Source: an uncultured Bacilli bacterium (GTDB taxonomy: Bacteria > Bacillota_I > Bacilli_A > RF39 > UBA660). Taken from it: a stretch of 64,000 bases of DNA. A model generated the notes under the pieces. The model searched no databases and was not told the DNA's origin. It was given only the letters and a program-made list of their open reading frames with translations. A program made the position numbers and the translations under genes. Positions within the stretch are counted from its first letter, which is position 1, and each line of letters starts with the position of its first letter. Shown here piece by piece: positions 10,609 to 18,958 of this stretch. The stretch covers positions 7,232 to 71,231 of the forward strand of contig CANQRL010000009.1 in assembly GCA_947626275.1 (NCBI GenBank), in the 5' to 3' direction.

Positions 10609-11622
10609 ATGAAAAAAAATAAAAAAAATATAGTAAATGTTATGGTATTAATAGGGATTACCCTATTAGTACTATATTTTGCTTTAAAGGATGACTATGA
10701 TGCCATTATGAATCAGTTGAGAACAATTCATCTAGGATGGCTCATTGTCGCTTTTTCTTTAGTGATTCTTTACTGGATCTTGCGGGGAAAAGCTATTCAT
10801 ATATTTACTAGAAAGTTTATGCCAAAAACCAAATATTTAAGTTCTTTACAACTGATGATTCGAACGCAATTTTTTAATGCGGTTACTCCGTTCGCAACTG
10901 GTGGTCAGCCCTATCAGGTTTATCATCTTGTTAAAGATGGAGTAGGAATGACAACGGCAACGAGCATCATTATTCAAAATTTTATCGTCTATCAAATAGC
11001 GATGGTCTTGCTAGGAGGTATTGCTGTCATTGCAAATCATACTTTCTCCATTTTTGAGAAAAATGTATTGTTGCAAAGGCTTCTAGGCCTTGGATTTCTC
11101 ATTAATACGCTCGTAATCGTCATTCTATTTATCGTTGCTTTTAGTAGGAAAATGAATCGCAAATTGATTCGTTTTGCGATAACGATTTTAACGAAGTTAA
11201 GGCTAGTAAAAAATAAAGAGAAAAAATTAGCAGATTGGGATGAATATATCAATAAGTTTCATACCAGTGCGGTAATTCTCTTACAGAATAAAAAGGAGTT
11301 TTTCTTTACTATCTTTCTCAATTTTATAGCGTTATGTTTCCTATACAGTATTCCTTTGGTTTTATTATATGCAACCGGGGATTACGAGAGTTTTGGTTGG
11401 GGACATGCGATTATGACAAGTGCCTATGTTATGTTGATTGGTTCTTTTGTTCCAATTCCTGGTGGTAGTGGAGGATTAGAATTTGGGTTTGTCTCTTTCT
11501 ATGGAAACTTTATTACGGGATCGAAACTGATGGCAATTATGCTATTATGGCGCTTTGTTACGTATTACTTTGGAATGATAGTAGGAGCGATTAGTTTGAA
11601 CATGAAGAGGGTGAAATCATGA
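10609..11622 (+). CDS. UPF0104 / lysyl-PG-synthase-TM-like (flippase-like) membrane protein
   Basis: 8 TM helices and a GG...PGGSGG motif typical of the flippase-like family that usually accompanies glycolipid glycosyltransferases. Starts 3 nt after the pgk stop. Confidence 0.65.
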   Translation: MKKNKKNIVNVMVLIGITLLVLYFALKDDYDAIMNQLRTIHLGWLIVAFSLVILYWILRGKAIHIFTRKFMPKTKYLSSLQLMIRTQFFNAVTPFATGGQPYQVYHLVKDGVGMTTATSIIIQNFIVYQIAMVLLGGIAVIANHTFSIFEKNVLLQRLLGLGFLINTLVIVILFIVAFSRKMNRKLIRFAITILTKLRLVKNKEKKLADWDEYINKFHTSAVILLQNKKEFFFTIFLNFIALCFLYSIPLVLLYATGDYESFGWGHAIMTSAYVMLIGSFVPIPGGSGGLEFGFVSFYGNFITGSKLMAIMLLWRFVTYYFGMIVGAISLNMKRVKS

Positions 11623-12866
11623 GAATCGGTATTTTTACAGACACCTATCCTCCTTTTATTAACGGTGTTTCTACTAGTATTGCAATGTTGGAAAGTGCAC
11701 TGAAGAAAAAAGGACATCAAGTATTTATTGTAACGGTTAATCCGGATGATATGCATTATGTGTTTGAAAAGAATGATCACATTATTCGACTTCCTGGTAT
11801 TCCGGTTGGAATTTATGATTATCGTTTGACAGGAATTTATCCATTGAAGGCAATTAATAAGATTAAAGAGTGGAATTTGGACATTATTCATTCGCATACG
11901 GAGTTTGGGGTAGGTACTTTTGCGCGCATTATGGCAAAACAATTAGATATTCCGATTGTTCATACCTATCATACGATGTATGAAGACTACATTCACTATA
12001 TTACGAAAGGCTATTTTGATGCTCCTAGTAAAAAAATAGTAGAGCATTTAACGAAGTTCTACTGTGATAAGACGGTAACGGAATTGATTGTTCCAACTAA
12101 AAAGACGTATGATTTGTTTAAGGAAAAATATGAGTATACTAGAAACATTCATATCGTTCCTACGGGGATTGAAGTAGAACGGTTCTATCGAGAGAAGAAT
12201 AAAAAAGAGAAAACCACTATTTTAAAAGATCAGTTGGGAATTACCGATGATGATTTTGTTCTATTGTTTGTTGGCCGTTTAGCTTCAGAAAAAAATGTAA
12301 CATTTTTGATAGATAATCAAGTGGATTTAATTAAGAAAAATAAGCATTGTAAGTTATTGATTATTGGAGATGGACCAGATATTGACTTATTTAAAAGGCA
12401 AGCAAAAAAATTAAAGATAGCGGACAATGTCATTTTTACAGGAAAAATTCCATGGGAAGAAATTCATGAGTATTATCAAATTCCACAAGTCTTTGTAACG
12501 GCTTCTCATACGGAAACCCAAGGATTGACGTTATTGGAGGCAATGGCTGCATCCGTACCGGTAGTAGCTTTAGATGATGAAGCTTTCCGTGATGTTGTTA
12601 TCGATGATTTGAATGGTTATTTATTCACCAATAAGAAAGAGTATAAACAAGCGATTGAAAAAATTATGGATCATCCAGAGGTTATGGAACGGTTAAGCAG
12701 ACAGGCAAGAATTAATGCGGAATCTCATTCCGCCAAGTATTATGCTGAAAAAGTATTGGATGTATACTATACAGCATTAGGGGGAAAACCGGTTGGTAGA
12801 AAAGGAAAGAAAACATTTTTAACAACCATGAAGAGCGTAGTAAAGAAAGGATTACATGGCAAATAA
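11619..12866 (+). CDS. glycosyltransferase family 4 (probable glycolipid / glycosyl-diacylglycerol synthase)
   Basis: N-terminal IGIFTDTYPPFINGVS and the C-terminal EX7E-type GT4 fold (TETQGLTLLEAMA). ATGA overlap with the upstream gene. Confidence 0.8.
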   Translation: MRIGIFTDTYPPFINGVSTSIAMLESALKKKGHQVFIVTVNPDDMHYVFEKNDHIIRLPGIPVGIYDYRLTGIYPLKAINKIKEWNLDIIHSHTEFGVGTFARIMAKQLDIPIVHTYHTMYEDYIHYITKGYFDAPSKKIVEHLTKFYCDKTVTELIVPTKKTYDLFKEKYEYTRNIHIVPTGIEVERFYREKNKKEKTTILKDQLGITDDDFVLLFVGRLASEKNVTFLIDNQVDLIKKNKHCKLLIIGDGPDIDLFKRQAKKLKIADNVIFTGKIPWEEIHEYYQIPQVFVTASHTETQGLTLLEAMAASVPVVALDDEAFRDVVIDDLNGYLFTNKKEYKQAIEKIMDHPEVMERLSRQARINAESHSAKYYAEKVLDVYYTALGGKPVGRKGKKTFLTTMKSVVKKGLHGK

Positions 12867-13587
12867 AAAAATGGTAGTAGGTAACATGAAGATGAATTTA
12901 ACAGCAAAAGAGATTAATAAATACCTAAAAGAAGTAGAAAAAAAGAAATATAACAGTCAAGTCGTTTTTTGTCCTAGTGCACTTTATTTACCCTATTTTT
13001 TAGGACATGATTTTGCCGTTGGTATTCAAAATGTGGCGGCTTATGAAAATGGTGCCTATACAGGAGAAATCTCCGCTTCTCAAGCGAAGAGTATGAAAAT
13101 TTCTTATGCGATTATCGGACATAGTGAAAGACGAGGCTATTTCCAAGAAACGGATGAAGTCGTAGCGACGAAGTTGCGTTTAGCGTTGAAAGAAAATTTA
13201 AAGGTCATTTTATGTATTGGCGAAACGCTTGAGGAAAGGGATTCTCTTAGTACGTATAAAGTGTTGAAAAAACAGGTAAAGGCTGCTCTACAAGGAATCG
13301 ACAAGAATGACATTGCAAAAGTAACCATTGCTTATGAACCAATATGGGCAATTGGAACAGGAAGAGTTCCTTCCAATACAGAGATAGAGGATACCGTATC
13401 TTTCTTAAAGGATATGGTTCGAGAGTTATTACATGTCGAGATTCCTGTTCTCTATGGTGGAAGTGTCACCGATGAGAATATTCAAACTCTCAATAAAATA
13501 CCAAATGTAGATGGTTATCTTGTTGGTGGTGCGAGTACCAAGATAGAAAAATTTAATAAAATAATAGAAGTTGTTGTAACCCAATAA
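12856..13587 (+). CDS. tpiA: triosephosphate isomerase
   Basis: VVGNMKMN, AYEPIWAIGTG, GGSV motifs. 11-bp overlap with the GT4 gene. Confidence 0.9.
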   Translation: MANKKMVVGNMKMNLTAKEINKYLKEVEKKKYNSQVVFCPSALYLPYFLGHDFAVGIQNVAAYENGAYTGEISASQAKSMKISYAIIGHSERRGYFQETDEVVATKLRLALKENLKVILCIGETLEERDSLSTYKVLKKQVKAALQGIDKNDIAKVTIAYEPIWAIGTGRVPSNTEIEDTVSFLKDMVRELLHVEIPVLYGGSVTDENIQTLNKIPNVDGYLVGGASTKIEKFNKIIEVVVTQ

Positions 13588-13600
13588 CTTTTTTTATGCT

Positions 13601-13607
13601 TTCGACA
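13601..13607 (+). promoter_or_regulatory. TTCGACA (reverse of the Spo0A-box consensus TGTCGAA) upstream of spo0A
   Basis: Exact 7-mer located 62 nt upstream of the spo0A ATG, in the intergenic region. Confidence 0.35.
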
Positions 13608-13668
13608 TTTTTTGATAATTAGTTTAAAAAGGTAGTAGTAGAATAGGTAGTATCATAGGGAGGATAAT

Positions 13669-14433
13669 ATGAAAAAGATTAGATTATTAATGGTAGATGA
13701 CAATATAGAATTAATTGGTGCAGTAAAAGAATATTTGAAAGATAATAAAGATATGGAACTAGTATACGAAGCCTATAATGGAAAAGAGGGAATAGAGCTC
13801 ATTGAAAAGGAGAAAGATCACTACGACTTCATCATTTTAGATCTGATTATGCCTGTCAAAGACGGTATCTATGTTTTAGAAGAGATGAAGAAACGAGGAA
13901 TTGAGAAAAATGTCATTGTCGCAACGAGTTACAATGCGATGGAAGTTATTAGACAAGTTTCGGAATACGGGGTCAATTATTATGTTTTAAAACCGTTTGA
14001 CTTATCAGATTTAGAGCAAAAAATTCTGCAGGTTTCCAAACGTTCTTATGACAATACGAGTATCGATTTAAAGTATAATAACTTACAACTTTCTATTACC
14101 AAGATATTACATGAATTAGGGATTCCTTCACATATTAAAGGATATCAATATATTCGAGAAGGCATCGGTATTATCTATGAAAGACCAGAGACGATTGGCG
14201 GAATTACCAAAGAACTCTATCCGGAATTGGCAACGAAATTTGATACGACAGTATCGCGAGTAGAAAGAGCTATTCGGCATGCGATAGAGGTAAGCTGGAA
14301 TAGAGGAAACTGGGATTTGATGGAGGAGATATTTGGACATAGTGTCGATATCGATAAAGCAAAACCGACCAATTCTGAATTCATTGTCACGATAGCGGAC
14401 AAATTACGGTTAGATTATCATAAAGTGCATTAA
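13669..14433 (+). CDS. spo0A: sporulation master regulator Spo0A (receiver domain plus Spo0A_C DNA-binding domain)
   Basis: Receiver motifs (DDN, ILDLIMP, SYNAME) and the diagnostic C-terminal domain (ITKELYPELA...TVSRVERAIRHAIEVSWNRGN...KPTNSEFI). RBS AGGGAGG. Confidence 0.9.
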   Translation: MKKIRLLMVDDNIELIGAVKEYLKDNKDMELVYEAYNGKEGIELIEKEKDHYDFIILDLIMPVKDGIYVLEEMKKRGIEKNVIVATSYNAMEVIRQVSEYGVNYYVLKPFDLSDLEQKILQVSKRSYDNTSIDLKYNNLQLSITKILHELGIPSHIKGYQYIREGIGIIYERPETIGGITKELYPELATKFDTTVSRVERAIRHAIEVSWNRGNWDLMEEIFGHSVDIDKAKPTNSEFIVTIADKLRLDYHKVH

Positions 14434-14435
14434 AA

Positions 14436-14475
14436 AAATATATAGCTTTCAAACTATATATTTTTTTCTTTTGGG
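14436..14475. terminator. bidirectional terminator between spo0A and the convergent gene
   Basis: AAAAATATATAG...CTATATATTTTT palindrome flanked by A and T tracts. Confidence 0.6.
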
Positions 14476-15389
14476 GGAATGGAAAAACTAAGTGTTTCAT
14501 AGTCGAAGATTTCTAAGGAATCCCTTGGAATATCTCTTTTAATCATGTGATTCCTTGCATCTAAAATTCTTTTTAAATAGTATTCTGTGATAGATTCTCC
14601 TTCTGCTATCGAAACCGTTTCCTCTTCTATTCCTAGCTTTTCTTTTGTCGAGATGGCAACACATGGAAGGGTATCTGTTGCAAACTCTTTCCAATACTTT
14701 TCAAAGAAATGAAAAACAACTGCTTTTTCTTCTGGGGTAAGAGGTTTTGTCAATTCTTCCATGGATGCACAAGCACTTGGATAATCCCGATTGAGAAAGA
14801 CATTAAAATATTCTTTTTTATTTTCAATAAACTTTCGAAAGAAAGTAGGGGAAGATAATCCATAATAGGGAGAGGTTTCTAAATTGTTGGCAAAGAAAAT
14901 AGGGGTTGCCTCTCTCCCGTTGTAATAGCCAAAGATATTTTGCTTTCCGTATTTTTGAAAGATTCTTCTAACCTGTTCGATCTCTTCTAGATCCCATGGC
15001 TTTTCTTTGACGACTAATCCTCTATCTTGAATTTGTGGATAGAAGGTTCGATTGAAACTGTGAAAGACGAATCCACTTCTTAAAAACTCTTCTAAGCGAG
15101 TAAAATTGGAATCTCGCCTATATTCCTCTTCTAGAAAATGCTGTAAACAACTAGAGAAACATCTATAATTCTGATTTTTTTGAATGAACTCTCTATTTTC
15201 TAATATTTTATCCACTACAAAAGTAACATTTTCGAGAATGTGTAAATCACTATTTACAACAAAAGAGTAAAATAAAATGTCAATTAAGTTTACATATTCT
15301 TCTTTTGAAAGTTGATATTTTTTGGCTATCTCTACTAAGAGAAATTGTGTTTCTTCTGTCCACAATTCTTGGAACCATTTTTGTGCCAT
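14454..15389 (-). CDS. hypothetical cytoplasmic protein (311 aa)
   Basis: Long ORF. Preferred start ATG at 15389 with RBS GGTGA. The longer alternatives at 15434/15515 overlap the upstream gene. No recognised domain. Confidence 0.55.
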   Translation of the reverse strand: MAQKWFQELWTEETQFLLVEIAKKYQLSKEEYVNLIDILFYSFVVNSDLHILENVTFVVDKILENREFIQKNQNYRCFSSCLQHFLEEEYRRDSNFTRLEEFLRSGFVFHSFNRTFYPQIQDRGLVVKEKPWDLEEIEQVRRIFQKYGKQNIFGYYNGREATPIFFANNLETSPYYGLSSPTFFRKFIENKKEYFNVFLNRDYPSACASMEELTKPLTPEEKAVVFHFFEKYWKEFATDTLPCVAISTKEKLGIEEETVSIAEGESITEYYLKRILDARNHMIKRDIPRDSLEIFDYETLSFSIPPKEKNI

Positions 15390-15435
15390 ACAATCACCAA
15401 CTTCATTATAACAAAAATAGGATGGTTTATCCATC

Positions 15436-16308
15436 CTATTGATTGACAATTCGGTACAAGTTAAAAGACGGTCTATTGAAAAAACGAAATTTAATGTTAG
15501 AGGTTCCAATCCCACTAGAAATATAAAGATCAGTATTTTTTAAGTCGTAGTAGTTATCATAATATTTCTTAGCGTGAGGAGGAAGAATAAGCGCTCCCAC
15601 AAAAGGTAGTCTTACTTGTCCATTATGGGAATGTCCCGCTAAAATAAGTTGAAATTTAGAATAGTCAAAGTCTTCTATGTAATCTGGTTCATGCATAATT
15701 AAGATGTTGTATTGTGTTTGCATTTCCTCTATTTTTGCAAGGGCATCTTCTACTTTTTGTTCGAAATTTCCGTTGCCATATTGACCCGTAGAAGCTCCAG
15801 CAATTAAGATTGGCTCTTGTGCTCCATTATAGAGAATTTGATAGGAATCATCTAGATTCGTAAATCCGGTATTAGAGATAACCGTATGATATTCGGAACG
15901 AGTATTGTCGTGGTTCCCCATAATGATATATCGTCCTAAGGAAGCTTCCAATTTGGATAATTCTTTTTCTAGAAAATCCAAATCTTCTTTGGTGTACTGG
16001 ACATCTCTATCTAATAAATCTCCGGTAATAACGATAATATCAGGCTTTGTTTCATTAACTTGTTTTACAATCCTTTTTATCTCTTTTCTATTGGTCGTTT
16101 GACCATAATGAATATCGCTTAGATGGGCAATTTTTAGACCGTAGAAACTATTGGGTAATTGCTTATTAATGATAAGATATTCTTTCGTCTTTAACCCAGA
16201 AGTAGAAATAAAGCGACTATATAAAAGGGTACCTACCACGAAAAAAATGAGGAGGATGAACAATTTTAACCAAAGTCTAACTTTTCTTTTGGGAGTATTT
16301 TTTTCCAT
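15436..16308 (-). CDS. membrane-anchored metallophosphoesterase (calcineurin-like, YkuE-type)
   Basis: N-terminal TM helix, then HLSDIHYG, GDLLD, GNHD, GHSHNG phosphoesterase motifs. RBS GGTGA. Confidence 0.8.
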   Translation of the reverse strand: MEKNTPKRKVRLWLKLFILLIFFVVGTLLYSRFISTSGLKTKEYLIINKQLPNSFYGLKIAHLSDIHYGQTTNRKEIKRIVKQVNETKPDIIVITGDLLDRDVQYTKEDLDFLEKELSKLEASLGRYIIMGNHDNTRSEYHTVISNTGFTNLDDSYQILYNGAQEPILIAGASTGQYGNGNFEQKVEDALAKIEEMQTQYNILIMHEPDYIEDFDYSKFQLILAGHSHNGQVRLPFVGALILPPHAKKYYDNYYDLKNTDLYISSGIGTSNIKFRFFNRPSFNLYRIVNQ

Positions 16309-16422
16309 ATTTTCACCATTCTCATTTTAACATATATCTTGAGGAAATACAATGTCGGATGAGGAATGACACTATACAAAAAAAGGAATTTATGTTAGAA
16401 TAATCTTGAAAGGTAGGAACCG

Positions 16423-17094
16423 ATGAAAAGACTAATTTTAGTAACATTTAGTTTCCTTCTTCTCTTATCCGGATGTGGAAAAAAAGAGCAGTGTGCGAGG
16501 GGAACTTTACAAGATGGTATGTGTGTATATATTGAATCTAGTGAACCGACTGTTACTTGTGATGGCGAGTTAAGTGCGGATAAGACGGAGTGTCTAGCAG
16601 AAGTAGAAGAGCTTGCAAGTACCAAACGGACATGTCCAAATGGCTTTAGTGAAATAGGCGATTTTTGTTATAGTGATAAAGCGCAAGCTCAAGTGACAGC
16701 TTATCGATGCGCCAAAAATCAAACCGAATATAACAAGTATATTGATACGACTCCTAAGAAAGGATTTTGGAAAGCCGAATTAAAAGGAAGTAAATGTCAG
16801 TATTATTTTTGTGAAAGCTATATCGATAGTCGATGTGTAGGGGCGGAAGCATGGCTGAAAAAAGCTATTTCTTATAAGACCTGTCCAGAAGGAACGTTCT
16901 TATATTTAGGAGAATGTCGAAAGAGGACGGGAGGAACGGTTTCTTATACTTGTCCAGAAGGCTATGAATTAAAAGATAAAAAATGTGTAGCAATAAAGAC
17001 GATAGAACCCACTTATTTATGTGAAAGTGGATCCTATAATCCGGAAACAAAAAAATGTGAAAAAAGATTTGAAGCGGAACCTGGCGTTGGCTAG
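16423..17094 (+). CDS. cysteine-rich secreted lipoprotein
   Basis: Signal peptide with lipobox LLSGC. ~20 Cys arranged in repeated CP(N/E)G...C modules. RBS AAAGGTAGGAA. Confidence 0.65.
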   Translation: MKRLILVTFSFLLLLSGCGKKEQCARGTLQDGMCVYIESSEPTVTCDGELSADKTECLAEVEELASTKRTCPNGFSEIGDFCYSDKAQAQVTAYRCAKNQTEYNKYIDTTPKKGFWKAELKGSKCQYYFCESYIDSRCVGAEAWLKKAISYKTCPEGTFLYLGECRKRTGGTVSYTCPEGYELKDKKCVAIKTIEPTYLCESGSYNPETKKCEKRFEAEPGVG

Positions 17095-17100
17095 AATTTG

Positions 17101-17129
17101 TTGAAATTTGTCGTTAACTACGATATAAT
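17101..17129 (+). promoter_or_regulatory. consensus sigma-A promoter (TTGAAA-17-TATAAT) in front of the pilin-like gene
   Basis: TTGAAA at 17101-17106, a 17-nt spacer, and TATAAT at 17124-17129. Confidence 0.6.
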
Positions 17130-17153
17130 AAAAAAAGAATAGAAGGTGTACCC

Positions 17154-18173
17154 ATGAGAAAAAAATTAGACAATCGGGGATTTGCTATTTCAGCGATTCT
17201 CTATACGATGCTTATTTTAATTGTCTTGCTCATGTTTTTAATTATCAGTATCATATCTAATCGACGAGCTACGTTAAACAAGTTAACAGAAAATGTTCGT
17301 GACAAGATTGGGGGAGAGGTAGTTGGAAAACCGGCTGAACCAGTCCCTTTATATGATAAGATTAAGGTATCTGCCGTTGATGATTCCAGTATCAACTTTA
17401 AACAAGCCTCTTCCGATACCAATGGAAAGGGTACTTACGTAATGCATAGTACTACATCTACTACTCATCCTATCTATTATTATCGAGGAGATATTCACAA
17501 TAATTTTGTTCTTTTTGCTGGTTTTTGTTGGCAAATCGTAAGAACGACAGATACAGGTGGTATAAAACTTATTTATGTAAGTAGTGGAAATACCTGTCAA
17601 TACAATAAGAATAGTGTTATTAGTACGACGAAAACTAAGTATTCTGGTTCTCTTTCTACGTATCTTTATACGAGTTCAACGGTTAAAACAACGATAGAGA
17701 ATTGGTATAATAATAATATCAAAAATAAAACGGAAGCTAGTAAAGTAGAGTCTTCACAATGGTGTAATGATACTATTGCTTCTAGCACTGCTAGAACACC
17801 TAATGTAAATAGTTGTTCTAGAAAAGTAACTGCTACTATCGGTTTACCTACTTATGATGAAATGATTTTAGCAGGAGGAGTTTATGCTGAAAGTGGCGTT
17901 CAAAGAAACTACTGGCTTTATGTTCCACAGAATTATAAGGTAGGAAGTGGCTTTAGTAGTGGAACAGCACTCGATAATATTACGACAGTAGGAATGACCA
18001 TTGATACTGCTGGATCTAGAAGTACGGTTTACTATGTCGGTAGTAATGGACAGATTCACTCTTATACTGTAACAACGGCTTATAACATTCGTCCAATGAT
18101 TGTTTTAAAGCATGATGTTATATGGGCTAGTGGAACAGGAACTTCGACAGATCCTTATCAAATTCAACCATAA
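17154..18173 (+). CDS. Ser/Thr-rich surface protein with a pseudopilin-like (ComGG-like) N-terminus
   Basis: N-terminus MRKKLDNRGFAISAILYTMLILIVLL...NRR resembles the ComGG-type pseudopilin leader/anchor. The rest is S/T/N/Y-rich. The C-terminus ends with a GTGTSTDPYQI motif. Confidence 0.5.
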   Translation: MRKKLDNRGFAISAILYTMLILIVLLMFLIISIISNRRATLNKLTENVRDKIGGEVVGKPAEPVPLYDKIKVSAVDDSSINFKQASSDTNGKGTYVMHSTTSTTHPIYYYRGDIHNNFVLFAGFCWQIVRTTDTGGIKLIYVSSGNTCQYNKNSVISTTKTKYSGSLSTYLYTSSTVKTTIENWYNNNIKNKTEASKVESSQWCNDTIASSTARTPNVNSCSRKVTATIGLPTYDEMILAGGVYAESGVQRNYWLYVPQNYKVGSGFSSGTALDNITTVGMTIDTAGSRSTVYYVGSNGQIHSYTVTTAYNIRPMIVLKHDVIWASGTGTSTDPYQIQP

Positions 18174-18175
18174 GA

Positions 18176-18204
18176 TTGACAAATGATAAATATTTATTTA
18201 TAAT
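18176..18204 (+). promoter_or_regulatory. consensus sigma-A promoter (TTGACA-17-TATAAT) driving the T-box leader
   Basis: TTGACA at 18176-18181, a 17-nt spacer, and TATAAT at 18199-18204. Confidence 0.65.
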
Positions 18205-18210
18205 ACAAAA

Positions 18211-18440
18211 AGAAAAACGAGGAACAAGAGGAGTATTTGAAGAAAACTTTTAAGAGAGGAAGAGTCATCGGCTGAAAACTTTTCTAAAGAATATTCAAAG
18301 AAGGTAGCTTGGGAGTTGAATATCTGAATAGAGTAGGATATTTCGTTAGCAGCGTTAATGCTTTCAAGGTAATCGAAAGATTATGAATAAAGGTGGTACC
18401 ACGACTATTCGTCCTTTAGGGATGATGGTCGTGTTTTTTT
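18211..18440 (+). ncRNA. T-box riboswitch leader (probable Val specifier GUC)
   Basis: AGAGAGG...GAAGAGUCA region (codon GUC at 18264-18266 followed by A). Conserved T-box sequence AAAGGUGGUACCACG at 18388-18403. Terminator helix ACGAC.../...GGUCGU with a U7 tract at 18401-18440. Lies upstream of valS. Confidence 0.7.
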
Positions 18441-18459
18441 GTAAAGGGGGGATTCATCT

Positions 18460-18939
18460 ATGAAAGAAATTGAAACCGAAAAAGATAAATATTTGATATA
18501 TACACCATCGAAAGAATTGTTAATATTGGAAGCTACCTATGGTAGGAGAAGGGAAATCTTTGTTCCTTATTTGATGAGACGAGGAATGGATATTAATAAT
18601 TTTGAAAGATTAGAAACAGCCTTGTTAACGCTTTTAGATGATGAAAAAGCCATGTTTTTGATGCAGAGAAGAAACAAAAATATGCGATATGGACATTCTT
18701 ATGGAAAACTAGAGAAAACAGATTGGATACAAATTCGAAATTATTTAGGTTATTTGCAGGATTTTTCTCATCGTGAAGAGGAAATGTTGCAAGGTGCCAT
18801 TCAAAAAGAACATTTAAAAATGATGTATACTCCATTTGATGAAATACAAGAATATGCTAGCGATAGTGAAATTCGAATGGATTATGGTTTACTTCCAGCG
18901 CTTTCTATGCTAGAAGAAAAGGTATTTGTAAAAAAATAG
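18460..18939 (+). CDS. hypothetical protein (159 aa) between the T-box and valS
   Basis: RBS AAGGGGGG directly after the T-box terminator. No recognised domain. Confidence 0.55.
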   Translation: MKEIETEKDKYLIYTPSKELLILEATYGRRREIFVPYLMRRGMDINNFERLETALLTLLDDEKAMFLMQRRNKNMRYGHSYGKLEKTDWIQIRNYLGYLQDFSHREEEMLQGAIQKEHLKMMYTPFDEIQEYASDSEIRMDYGLLPALSMLEEKVFVKK

Positions 18940-18958
18940 AAAAGGAGAGTAGAGTAGT

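Noticed and set aside
13621-13668. Sigma-H-type promoter (AGGAWWT...GAAT) upstream of spo0A
   Set aside because: AAAGGTAG and GAATAGG are present, but the spacing between them is too short for the sigma-H consensus.
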